Shown here one piece after another: positions 1 to 8,661 of a stretch of DNA of 64,000 bases. Position 1 is the first letter of the stretch. Every line of letters starts with the position of its first letter. The stretch lies in the IMG/VR virus record IMGVR_UViG_3300025362_000477, one strand, 5' to 3'. This DNA is from a virus (Duplodnaviria > Caudoviricetes). A model generated the notes under the pieces. The model was not told where the DNA came from. It made no database searches and saw only the letters and a program-made list of their open reading frames with translations. The translations under genes were made by a program, and so were the position numbers.

Positions 1-177
1 TGGAGTAGTCAACCAAAAATCTCTAGTAGAATAAGTTCCAGCTGTCATTGACCCTACTAAAAATTTTGCACCAACCCTAGGCAACGGACCCAGAACTTCA
101 CAAGTATATGGATCAATCGATTCTGTTCTGGAACCCGAAAACCCTTCATTATCTCTTATTCGTCTTAGTGTTGCCAT
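1..177 (-). CDS. hypothetical protein, partial (runs off window start)
   Basis: ATG at 177 with AAGGA-like RBS; open to position 1. Confidence 0.5.
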   Translation of the reverse strand, partial: MATLRRIRDNEGFSGSRTESIDPYTCEVLGPLPRVGAKFLVGSMTAGTYSTRDFWLTTP

Positions 178-194
178 AATATTATCCTTTGAAT

Positions 195-271
195 TGGTAG
201 GCGGAGGTGGAATCGAACCACCGACCTCAACCGTATCAGAGTCGCAATCTAACCAACTGATCTACCCGCCT
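195..271 (-). tRNA. trnI: tRNA-Ile(GAT)
   Basis: Full cloverleaf, anticodon loop CTGATAC, GTTCGA T-loop, encoded CCA. Confidence 0.95.
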
Positions 272-283
272 TTAATATTTATT

Positions 284-691
284 CTAAGAATCTTCGATTC
301 CTTTAACTCCTATCATCATCCAATGATCCAAATCTCCAGACTCTAAAACATTAATTCCCAACCATGCATTATTAGGATTAGGATCATGACATACGATACC
401 ATCTAAATCTATGACAACAGAATGGGTTACAGAATCATATGTTTTACTTGGTACAGTTGCAATAACGTATCCATCAACACTTATTGATTTGGATAACACA
501 TGCCCATTTGGTCGATCTTTACACTTAGGCCAACCGCATCCATAATATTCATATCCATTATCCCTTAAATAATCCCACAACTTTTGGAAATGATCAGGTC
601 CAAGAGTTATAAAATTAGGGACTATATCAATATTCAATTCTAATATACTTGATATACATGCTCGAGTACAATCACCATTATCTTTATCCAC
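284..691 (-). CDS. conserved phage hypothetical protein (DC..AC / HDPNP motifs)
   Basis: ORF track; colinear with minus-strand run. Confidence 0.6.
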   Translation of the reverse strand: MDKDNGDCTRACISSILELNIDIVPNFITLGPDHFQKLWDYLRDNGYEYYGCGWPKCKDRPNGHVLSKSISVDGYVIATVPSKTYDSVTHSVVIDLDGIVCHDPNPNNAWLGINVLESGDLDHWMMIGVKGIEDS

Positions 692-1175
692 TATAATCTG
701 ATCTATTTTTAAGATAATCTGTCTCCATTTTTGATATTCTTATTAATTTGAACTGATAGCATGCTATGTAAAATCCATAACTATGAAGTCTTAAAATTTT
801 GTATGATGCATTTAATTTCCAACTGTCCCACCATCTAAGGGGTAATAACCATATTTTAAACCGTGGATATCTAATGTTTAACATGATAGCACTGTTGTTC
901 TTCCATCTCCTTAGAGAATCCTCAAACCCCTCCAAACTACCATCAGAGAAATGAAAATCAACATCATGAACAGCTGAAAGTTCTATAAAATGTCTAAATA
1001 TCCAAGTCAGAGTATATCGTAAAATTTCCGGAAATGAATCAGGACCAAAGTAATTGAATATTTTTATAAATTCAACATCCGATAATTTATCAAATTCTAA
1101 TGACCTTTCAAGATCCCATTCAATAACATTTTTCTTAGCTTGTAATTTCGATGCAAATTCTAATTTTTTATCCAT
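684..1175 (-). CDS. hypothetical protein (start revised to MDKKLEF)
   Basis: Longer ORF-track version runs through tRNA-Val; ATG at 1175 lies just after the tRNA. Confidence 0.55.
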   Translation of the reverse strand: MDKKLEFASKLQAKKNVIEWDLERSLEFDKLSDVEFIKIFNYFGPDSFPEILRYTLTWIFRHFIELSAVHDVDFHFSDGSLEGFEDSLRRWKNNSAIMLNIRYPRFKIWLLPLRWWDSWKLNASYKILRLHSYGFYIACYQFKLIRISKMETDYLKNRSDYSG

Positions 1176-1191
1176 GATATTTTTACCTCTA

Positions 1192-1268
1192 TGGTAGTCG
1201 GAGTGAGATTCGGACTCACGACAACATGTATGTAAAACAGGAACTCTAACCAACTGAGCTACCCGACT
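1192..1268 (-). tRNA. trnV: tRNA-Val(TAC)
   Basis: Cloverleaf, loop TTTACAT, CCA; one anticodon-stem mismatch and TCC T-loop. Confidence 0.85.
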
Positions 1269-1270
1269 AT

Positions 1271-1720
1271 TTATTGCATAAAAACAATATAATTAAATTT
1301 TTTCATTTGATTTAAATATAAATTGTAAATTTGTTCTTTTTTCTTCTCTGAGAGAAATGATGCACCATCAACTATAATCATATTAAATAGATTCTCATCA
1401 TTATTGATCAAAATTTTACTAAATGCAAAAAATGTAGAAAATCTCGGATATATGCATGGATGAAAAATTGGATCACTCTTAAATCTAATTAATTGATCAT
1501 TATTCTGACATATAACAAGAGCGTTAAATTTATTCTCATTTAATAAAATTTTGATAGCTCGAGTATGACCAACTTGTCTCGAACAACCAATTTTAATAGT
1601 ACAAAATTCTTTTAAATATGCCTTGGGTGAAATTGCATATAATCTAGAGGGACATACCTTTTGAGAATCTGTAGATTCATCTAATAAGAGATTTAAACAT
1701 TCATATATTCTATTACTCAT
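1271..1720 (-). CDS. hypothetical protein with degenerate P-loop-like motifs (RQVGHT, IIVD)
   Basis: ORF track, RBS upstream. Confidence 0.5.
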   Translation of the reverse strand: MSNRIYECLNLLLDESTDSQKVCPSRLYAISPKAYLKEFCTIKIGCSRQVGHTRAIKILLNENKFNALVICQNNDQLIRFKSDPIFHPCIYPRFSTFFAFSKILINNDENLFNMIIVDGASFLSEKKKEQIYNLYLNQMKKFNYIVFMQ

Positions 1721-1762
1721 AGGAACAACTCCTTTTTATACTGACTAATATAATTATATTAT

Positions 1763-2281
1763 TTACATTGAAACGCTATTCTTTCCACCAAAGGTAGATT
1801 CCAATCTACCACCATGTTCTCTAGATAATTGTTCCGCTAACATTCTTGATCTAGCTTCACTCCCATCCAGAATAGCCATGTTTCGTTCTTCAAAATCTTC
1901 CGTTGGTTCAGTTGGTTCAGAACCAACGACCATAGATGCACCACTATTTTGACCTACTGCCATTTCTTCTCGAACAATCTCTGGCAAAACCCCTCTCATT
2001 TTAGCCAATGTTGCTATAACTTGTGCTTGATACCTGGCATCATTCGGAGTGTTCTTATCCATTTCATTAACTGTCCGTGGACTTGATGGGGTTGATGGTC
2101 GAATGACAGTCTCATGTACATATTGTTTTTTCTTCCCAAACTCAACTGGGTCACAATCAAAAAATACCTGTTTACCACTATCAAAAATAACACATCCAAA
2201 TGTTCTAGCTTTGTTATATTTTACAGATTCAACAATATCACCACATTCAGGTATATGTTTCTTTGAAACTATTTTAGCCAT
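1763..2281 (-). CDS. hypothetical protein
   Basis: ORF track, AAGGA RBS. Confidence 0.6.
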   Translation of the reverse strand: MAKIVSKKHIPECGDIVESVKYNKARTFGCVIFDSGKQVFFDCDPVEFGKKKQYVHETVIRPSTPSSPRTVNEMDKNTPNDARYQAQVIATLAKMRGVLPEIVREEMAVGQNSGASMVVGSEPTEPTEDFEERNMAILDGSEARSRMLAEQLSREHGGRLESTFGGKNSVSM

Positions 2282-2490
2282 GATTAAATCCTTTTAATTT
2301 ATTCTAGAATGGAATGAATCCTGACACATCCTTACCTGTTGGGCTACTAACATCATATCCAGAACCAAATAAAGCCTTATCAATAACATCCCATGCGTCT
2401 TGTTCAGTTTCATATTGAACTGGTTTATTACCATACCAACTACCATGTGTATTTACAATATAATTAACTTCTTTCATAGTTATCCTTCAA

Positions 2491-2567
2491 TGGCGGACCG
2501 AGGTGGACTTGAACCACCAACACGGAAATTTTCAGTCTCCTGCTCTGCCGATTGGAGCTACCGATCC
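2491..2567 (-). tRNA. trnF: tRNA-Phe(GAA)
   Basis: Cloverleaf, loop CTGAAAA, CCA. Confidence 0.95.
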
Positions 2568-2731
2568 TTTCAAATTAAACTTTTTTGATCTTTACTGTCT
2601 TAATCTTCCATCCAGTGTAAGGCTTTCTATTACATGCAAACAAATCTATCATAATCATCAATATACAATACATCACGATCTTTATAATTATCAATCTTAT
2701 CCACTGGGCTGGGTTGCGGGCAAAGCCCGTA

Positions 2732-3736
2732 TTAGAATGAATAGCCGAGCCCGAGGATGTAACGGTAATCGCTTTTGTCAAGACCAGCTGCAGGCTTGGA
2801 GTTGTGTTCCATTTCGGCTTTTGCCTCCATGATCCAGCTGCCGACAAGTTTTGTCTGTAAACCGGCATCGGCATAGACGAGGAAGATGTCGCTGCGTTCG
2901 GTGCTGGGCAGGAATGTGACGTTATGGAATGCTTTGACATTCTCCCAGAGCTGCTTGTCCAGGTGATAGGCCAGGCGGATAGCCATATAGTCGCGAGTTT
3001 CAGAGGGATCTGAGTACTCTGCATGTACATATGAGAGGCCTGCCTCTGTGTTGAAGTTAAGATCGTCACTTTCGACCCATTGATAACCAACACCGGCACC
3101 CAGAGTGACGCGCATATCCAGGTTGTTAATACGGTCCTTCTCATAAAGAATGTTTCCGTAGAGGTAGAACTGGTCACTTAAAAAGTAGTCATATTTGCCA
3201 TTGATGAACCACTTGTCTTCGGTTGTGTCGTCCGTACCGGTGGATTGATCGCGTTTCTTGTCAAAGCGGTAGCCAGCTCCAAGGGAGATGCGGTCGTCTT
3301 TACGGCGCAGCTGGGCATTAGCATTAATGCTGGCGGTATCGCTATGTGTATTGCCGCGGGCGAAGTTGGCTCCTGCGACCAGGCTTCCTGTCCATTTCGG
3401 TGCTTCGGGGTTTACTTCGGCAATGTCGGTTAGTGGCAGGGCTGTATTAGATGCTGCCAGGGTTATGGTTCCTGCTTTGGCAGCAACTGTTTTAGTTTCA
3501 ACACGTGTGCCATCAGGCTTTTCAATAGTAATGGATTCATCTGTGGAGAATGTCTGGATGTCATCCATCTTTAACGAGAGTTTGCCTGCGACCTTTGATT
3601 CAAAGGCCATCTTTCCGCCGGAGACTTTCTTAACGGTTCCGGTCAGCTTGTCGCCGGATTTAAAGAGGATTACATCTCCGAACACCGAAAAGGCACTCAG
3701 TAAACCAACAGCTATCCATCCGTAATGTTTGTTCAT
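2732..3736 (-). CDS. DUF481/YdiY-like outer-membrane beta-barrel protein
   Basis: Signal peptide, DVILFKSGDKLTG N-domain, alternating amphipathic strands, C-terminal YILGLGYSF (BAM-type Phe); GC-rich. Confidence 0.85.
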   Translation of the reverse strand: MNKHYGWIAVGLLSAFSVFGDVILFKSGDKLTGTVKKVSGGKMAFESKVAGKLSLKMDDIQTFSTDESITIEKPDGTRVETKTVAAKAGTITLAASNTALPLTDIAEVNPEAPKWTGSLVAGANFARGNTHSDTASINANAQLRRKDDRISLGAGYRFDKKRDQSTGTDDTTEDKWFINGKYDYFLSDQFYLYGNILYEKDRINNLDMRVTLGAGVGYQWVESDDLNFNTEAGLSYVHAEYSDPSETRDYMAIRLAYHLDKQLWENVKAFHNVTFLPSTERSDIFLVYADAGLQTKLVGSWIMEAKAEMEHNSKPAAGLDKSDYRYILGLGYSF

Positions 3737-3757
3737 GTTATTTCCCTTTAATTGTGT

Positions 3758-4054
3758 TTATTCCGTTGAAATCGTTGAAGTTACCACTTGGGACCGCCGG
3801 GCTGATGCATGCTGCCACCGTTTATCAGCAGGGATCCCTATGCGTTTATGTATAACCTTTAATTCAGGATAATTTTCAAGACCTATCTCATACATTTTAA
3901 CTCGTTCAAAATAATCTAATATATCACCCGTTTCTTTTCCATTCTTGTCAATAATTTTAAAATTATATGGGTCATCATCAACTGCTCTAATAAAGAATCC
4001 TACTGGTATACCACGAAATTCCTTTAGCACTTCAAGTTTGTATTCTGTTCTCAT
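3758..4054 (-). CDS. hypothetical protein, C-terminus contributed by GC-rich insert
   Basis: ORF track; composition switches near 3845. Confidence 0.5.
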   Translation of the reverse strand: MRTEYKLEVLKEFRGIPVGFFIRAVDDDPYNFKIIDKNGKETGDILDYFERVKMYEIGLENYPELKVIHKRIGIPADKRWQHASARRSQVVTSTISTE

Positions 4055-4072
4055 TATTGTCCTTTCAATAAA

Positions 4073-4483
4073 TTACCAATATTCTTTATGATCACATCGA
4101 GTACATTTGAAATATGCACCATGCTGGTCAGAATCAACAATTTCCATATCATGACCATTCAATTTGCAATATTCTATTTTTGCTTCTATACGATGCTGTG
4201 TATGATCTATCTTAGCTTGATTGATTTTCTCTACCATACTATATGGGAGATGCATTGTTACTTGCATGGTATCATCGAATGAACCCTTACAAACATCAAC
4301 TTGAATATCCTTAATAGATACTCTAGTAACATGATCCCCAATAGATTTAGCTAAATTCTCCATTTGTTCTTTAGTTATATCATCAGAAAAATAACTATTC
4401 AAACTATCCTTTATATGAGAGCTGATTCTATCAATTATACCTTCTGGAGTTTCAGATTTCAAACTAGCTACATATTTACTCAT
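4073..4483 (-). CDS. hypothetical protein with C-terminal Cys/His cluster
   Basis: ORF track, GGAG RBS. Confidence 0.6.
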   Translation of the reverse strand: MSKYVASLKSETPEGIIDRISSHIKDSLNSYFSDDITKEQMENLAKSIGDHVTRVSIKDIQVDVCKGSFDDTMQVTMHLPYSMVEKINQAKIDHTQHRIEAKIEYCKLNGHDMEIVDSDQHGAYFKCTRCDHKEYW

Positions 4484-4498
4484 TAATTATCTCCAATA

Positions 4499-4573
4499 TG
4501 GGGCGGTATACGGGAATCGGACCCGCGCACGAGGAACCACAGTCCTCTGTTCTACCATTGAACTAATACCGCC
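4499..4573 (-). tRNA. trnH: tRNA-His(GTG)
   Basis: Cloverleaf, loop CTGTGGT, G-1 and C73, CCA. Confidence 0.95.
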
Positions 4574-4607
4574 ATCTTTATTTATTCCTTTAATGTGAAT
4601 CCATTTC

Positions 4608-4823
4608 TCATGAACAATCTCTAGATTCCGCGATATACTGGATTATCTCAATCTCAAGATTTATCTCTCCGATGAATGCTTCATTTTTTTGAATTTCCAA
4701 ATTCATTTCATTTCGTTTAAGTTCAAGTGCTGATCTCTGAGTCATAAGTGATCTGGAAGCTTTATCCAAATTATCAGAATTAGTTAGTTCGTATTTCTTT
4801 TTCATCGTATCTATAATAGACAT
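4608..4823 (-). CDS. hypothetical coiled-coil protein
   Basis: ORF track. Confidence 0.5.
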   Translation of the reverse strand: MSIIDTMKKKYELTNSDNLDKASRSLMTQRSALELKRNEMNLEIQKNEAFIGEINLEIEIIQYIAESRDCS

Positions 4824-4853
4824 ATTAATTTCCTTTTGTTTTGTGTTCAGTGT

Positions 4854-5210
4854 TTATTTTGGAATTTCAGTTTTAAATTTGTGTGTGTTAACTTCTAGTA
4901 GTATATCTAGAAGTTCGAGTGTTTGTAAATCTACTGATGCCTGCCATATATCACCTACTTTAAAATAACGATGTAGATAATATCTAGTCTTAAATTCATA
5001 CTTATGATACCCAGTCTTACTTAAAATTGAATAGAAACAATCATCACAGTCAGGGATATCACATATCAGATCTAGACCAAACTCCCAATGCATTCTAAAT
5101 TCAAGAAGTGGAGTTCTTATTCTTTCAAGTTTTAATGCTTCCCTATTAGACTGATTAATTAATACTTCTTTAATCTCTTCTGATTTTAGTTGTTTTACTT
5201 CCATTGCCAC
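4854..5210 (-). CDS. hypothetical protein
   Basis: ORF track. Confidence 0.55.
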   Translation of the reverse strand: MAMEVKQLKSEEIKEVLINQSNREALKLERIRTPLLEFRMHWEFGLDLICDIPDCDDCFYSILSKTGYHKYEFKTRYYLHRYFKVGDIWQASVDLQTLELLDILLEVNTHKFKTEIPK

Positions 5211-5619
5211 TGGTGGCTATGTCTTCATTCCTATCGGTCCCATCAGTATTCTCCTCAATCTCGTTAAGTATTGTTTCATCTATAAATCCATTTTCAAGTG
5301 CTGAGATATAACAATCATCATCAACAATATCATCTTCTTCATCAAAAATTCCTGGATATTTCTTTTTAGCTTCTGAATACCATTCGTCCTGAGACTTATT
5401 ACATGCAGAATGTTTTTCATTCATCACAGTATACAAAGCTGAGATCTTTAATTGTAATTCTTCAACCTTAACACTTTTCTGTGATACACTAAGTTTATGT
5501 TCATCTAAAAATGCCTGAGTTTCAATCTGTTGTCTTTGGAATTCCTTCTCTACATCACATAATTGCTCATATGTTAAATCTTTATATTGTTCTCGTGCTC
5601 GATCTAATACTTTAGACAT
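5170..5619 (-). CDS. hypothetical acidic coiled-coil protein
   Basis: ORF track, GGAG RBS. Confidence 0.6.
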   Translation of the reverse strand: MSKVLDRAREQYKDLTYEQLCDVEKEFQRQQIETQAFLDEHKLSVSQKSVKVEELQLKISALYTVMNEKHSACNKSQDEWYSEAKKKYPGIFDEEDDIVDDDCYISALENGFIDETILNEIEENTDGTDRNEDIATSGNGSKTTKIRRD

Positions 5620-5640
5620 ATAATTCTCCGATCATAAATA

Positions 5641-5714
5641 TACTCCCGCCGGGATTCGAACCCGGAACACAAGGTTTTAGGGACCTCTGCTCTAGCCAGT
5701 TGAGCTACGAGAGC
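5641..5714 (-). tRNA. tRNA with CTA (amber) anticodon, probably Arg-derived; no encoded CCA
   Basis: Good cloverleaf; anticodon stem GAGGT/ACCTT, loop CCCTAAA gives C33 and CTA at 34-36. Confidence 0.75.
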
Positions 5715-5722
5715 GTTTGAAA

Positions 5723-5938
5723 TCATAGTAATTGTAAATTTGAAAATATCTTTTTGTCAGTTACAGTTGCAATTGCAGTTAATTGATTTCCAATATCAGG
5801 TTCTTTAAATCCAACCCAATCCATGTTTCTTCTAGTCAATTTATCTCCCCAGTTAACCAGACATTCCTCAGAATCAACACTTAAATAAATTAGAGTGCCT
5901 TTCCAATCACCATGCAAGCCATGCATAATATTCATCAA
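5723..5938 (-). CDS. peptidyl-tRNA hydrolase 2-like fragment
   Basis: GTLIYL...FKEPDIGNQLTAIA motif; N-terminal part of the family is absent. Confidence 0.45.
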   Translation of the reverse strand: MMNIMHGLHGDWKGTLIYLSVDSEECLVNWGDKLTRRNMDWVGFKEPDIGNQLTAIATVTDKKIFSNLQLL

Positions 5939-6340
5939 TCATACTATCTCCTCATATGGTATAACTACTGAAAGTGTAGCACAATCTCGATCTTTTCTAT
6001 CTTGCATCTCATTATATTTAGATATGATTGGATTAATAGTATCCAATATTCGATTATGGTCTATCAATATATCTTCATGATTGGATATTAAATGACTATT
6101 AACTGCAACATGAATCATATCAGTTTCAACATCTCGTCTCACCTGATCCAAAAAATCAAAATTCCGATATGATACTTTGGGATTCCGATCTTTAATCTCA
6201 AGATAATTCTTAACATATAATGCTGGATCAAAATCATCAGCAGCAAACTCAGCTATAACTGTATCAGGTTTGAATTTTCTAAACCGAATAACTAACGGTT
6301 TCCATACCCATTCTTTCAAGAATACTACTATATCTATCAT
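5939..6340 (-). CDS. hypothetical protein
   Basis: ORF track, GGAGG RBS. Confidence 0.55.
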   Translation of the reverse strand: MIDIVVFLKEWVWKPLVIRFRKFKPDTVIAEFAADDFDPALYVKNYLEIKDRNPKVSYRNFDFLDQVRRDVETDMIHVAVNSHLISNHEDILIDHNRILDTINPIISKYNEMQDRKDRDCATLSVVIPYEEIV

Positions 6341-6572
6341 ACTTCCCTCCGTAATTGTTTTGTTTCAATTTCAACTTTGAAATTACTATTAATCATACTA
6401 GCAAGATGAAGCCATTTTCATGTGCAGATATCATACCTTCATATGGTTCATCTACTAACTTAACTTCTATTCCTGTATAATATAACATATTAGCAATAAT
6501 ATTAGCTAATGTTGTTTTGCCACTCCCCACTTCACCGGTGATCAATATCTTAACTTTTCTTTTTTCACTCAC
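6337..6572 (-). pseudogene. small P-loop protein, apparently frameshifted at an A-tract (6415-6418)
   Basis: GTG start, ILITGEVGSGKTT Walker A; one extra A restores ...HEKWLHLASMINSNFKVEIETKQLRREV*. Confidence 0.55.
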
Positions 6573-7020
6573 TATACTTCTCCCGAATAAATTTGGCTAT
6601 AGAACTGACTTCTTTACCATCAACAGCAATTCCATTCTTTCTAAAATAAGCCATTGCAGCACCAATAAATTGACCATCTGATTTTGCATCTAAGTGCCGT
6701 AAAATCAAAATCTCAAGCTCATTCTTCACTTCTTCAATACTAAGATTACTAGGAATCCATTCATCATATATTGATATTTCCTTTAACATAATTTCAGTGG
6801 GTTCTCTACCACTCTCTCGTAATATGGAAATATTCTCAGCCACTCCAGCTTTAAATTTTTTAAAAACACTAATAACATTCTCATCAGTGAATTCATTCTT
6901 CTGTCGAAATTTCTTGAGTTCAATTTCACCATAAACAGTTTTTAATATGTTCATTTTCTCAGGATCAGTCTTTTGATATGACCCTATCTGTCCTACTAGA
7001 CATTTAAGTAAATCTGACAT
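6565..7020 (-). CDS. GatB/YqeY domain protein
   Basis: Helical YqeY pattern: VISVFKK...EISIYDEWIP..LS.EEV...FIGAAM...VDGKEVS. Confidence 0.7.
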   Translation of the reverse strand: MSDLLKCLVGQIGSYQKTDPEKMNILKTVYGEIELKKFRQKNEFTDENVISVFKKFKAGVAENISILRESGREPTEIMLKEISIYDEWIPSNLSIEEVKNELEILILRHLDAKSDGQFIGAAMAYFRKNGIAVDGKEVSSIAKFIREKYSE

Positions 7021-7255
7021 AAATCTCCTTTAAGATTATTTCTTTTTTGGTAAAATAATTGGTTTCAATCCCAGTCTAAACTCCTTGCTCTTTCAGCATG
7101 ATGATCACAAGCATACCAATCCGGTTGTTTCTTACTTCCATATAATGGCCCATGAGTATGTGTTGCATGTGCAGCACATCCAAACCAAGAACATAAAATA
7201 ATTCCTTTCTTCTTTCTCATTCTTTTATTCATATAGAACTCCAATCTTTAAAAAA

Positions 7256-7339
7256 TGGTGGTAGAGGGAGGAATCGAACCTCCAAGGCCGAAGCGACAAA
7301 TTTACAGTTTGTGGAGCCCACCACCTGCTCAACTCTACC
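7256..7339 (-). tRNA. trnY: tRNA-Tyr(GTA)
   Basis: Class II cloverleaf, loop CTGTAAA, CCA. Confidence 0.95.
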
Positions 7340-7359
7340 TTTTACTTTATTTATTCTTT

Positions 7360-7710
7360 TTATGTTTTAGTTAATCTTTTTACTTCATTTACCATATCAC
7401 CCATTATAGCTTTCAACCCTTCAGTATCTATATCATTATATGTATGTTTAAAATATGTTGAATTTCCACCCGATGGATATATAGTTACATGAATTAAATC
7501 CTCGCTATTAGTTATCTCAATTCGGAAAGATTTATCATTTATAAGGACATGAGATTCTAACATATACTTAAAAGCATGAAATGATAATTTATAATCACCC
7601 ATATCAAAATTCATTGCTGATTTGGATACATTCAATGTATCTTTAAATAAATCATAAAGCATAATATATTGATGCTTGAATTTGGTCATAGCCATTCTAT
7701 TACCGCTCAT
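7360..7710 (-). CDS. hypothetical protein
   Basis: ORF track. Confidence 0.55.
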   Translation of the reverse strand: MSGNRMAMTKFKHQYIMLYDLFKDTLNVSKSAMNFDMGDYKLSFHAFKYMLESHVLINDKSFRIEITNSEDLIHVTIYPSGGNSTYFKHTYNDIDTEGLKAIMGDMVNEVKRLTKT

Positions 7711-7919
7711 ATTATTTGTCCTGTTTTTTGAATATCAGAAAGTTTAATTGCTAATGCTCCAGTTGAATTACTCACATCCATGAATATAAGTTTCAAAGTT
7801 TTCATCGAGGTTAGATTTGGAAATACAGAACAATCATCAGGTATGTTTTCAAAATCAATCCTGGCATTCTTAGACATTACCTCTAAATCTCTGATATGAG
7901 TTTTTATATCTACAGCCAT
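7707..7919 (-). CDS. hypothetical protein
   Basis: ORF track, GGAG RBS. Confidence 0.5.
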   Translation of the reverse strand: MAVDIKTHIRDLEVMSKNARIDFENIPDDCSVFPNLTSMKTLKLIFMDVSNSTGALAIKLSDIQKTGQII

Positions 7920-8203
7920 TATAATACTCCAATCAATTTTACTTCGTTATCCATCATTATGATTTCACTGATGGCATAAATAGAGAAATACCAAATGTTC
8001 GTTTAGCATATGATATCAAGTGATTCATTCTATAATCACGACGACCTGTTTTAAACCATTCCCTATGTTTTTTCTGTAATTCATTTTTTGTTTTACCTTT
8101 GATTCTCATTTTTAATCTCCTTTTGAAATAAACGCTCCGTGATTAAAACTGGTACACGGAACAAGAAACCCTATCATATGCCATAAGGCAATGAGTAATA
8201 AAA

Positions 8204-8280
8204 TGGCACGCCAAGAGGGATTCGAACCCCCGACCGACGGATTAGAGATCCGCTGCTCTATCCAACTGAGCTACTGGCGT
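8204..8280 (-). tRNA. trnR: tRNA-Arg(TCT) with C33
   Basis: Cloverleaf, A20 in D-loop, loop TCTCTAA, CCA. Confidence 0.9.
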
Positions 8281-8326
8281 ATTTTAATTTATTATGAATT
8301 GTTATAAAACTATCCAACTGAGCTAT

Positions 8327-8590
8327 TTAACAAGTGTACCAATCAGCAATATAATCGGGATTTGAATCTAGAAAATCTCTAAGAGCTAAAACAGCCTCTT
8401 TATACCAATGATTTACACATACAAATTCTCGATCTTCTGAACCGTTGTACAATACCAGACAATGATCATCTTCATTTATTACTGATTGACCACCGTATTG
8501 ATCTTGTAATACGATTAGAGGTGAACCATAACGATCAACATCCCAATTCTTTGGTGTCTCGTCTACTACTTTATACATATCATTTCCCAT
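8327..8590 (-). CDS. hypothetical protein
   Basis: ORF track. Confidence 0.55.
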   Translation of the reverse strand: MGNDMYKVVDETPKNWDVDRYGSPLIVLQDQYGGQSVINEDDHCLVLYNGSEDREFVCVNHWYKEAVLALRDFLDSNPDYIADWYTC

Positions 8591-8602
8591 TTAAAAAGTG
8601 AA

Positions 8603-8640
8603 ACTTAGACTCGTTCGCTCGCCACTACTAAAGTCTAAGT
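8603..8640 (-). ncRNA. hairpin displaying a 23S rRNA-like segment AGTAGTGGCGAGCGAACG
   Basis: Perfect 9-bp stem 8603-8611/8632-8640; loop matches a conserved LSU rRNA motif recalled from memory. Confidence 0.55.
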
Positions 8641-8661
8641 ATCTATCAGGTGGACCTGATA

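Noticed and set aside
2503-3725. Overlapping ORFs 2503-2832, 2575-3177, 3245-3433 and 3288-3725
   Set aside because: Shadow frames of the GC-rich DUF481 gene, which is stop-poor in alternative frames
5620-5714. Pyrrolysine tRNA, or a theta ribozyme 3' of the CUA tRNA
   Set aside because: The body has ordinary D, T and variable features, unlike tRNA-Pyl; only ~20 nt separate it from the next ORF
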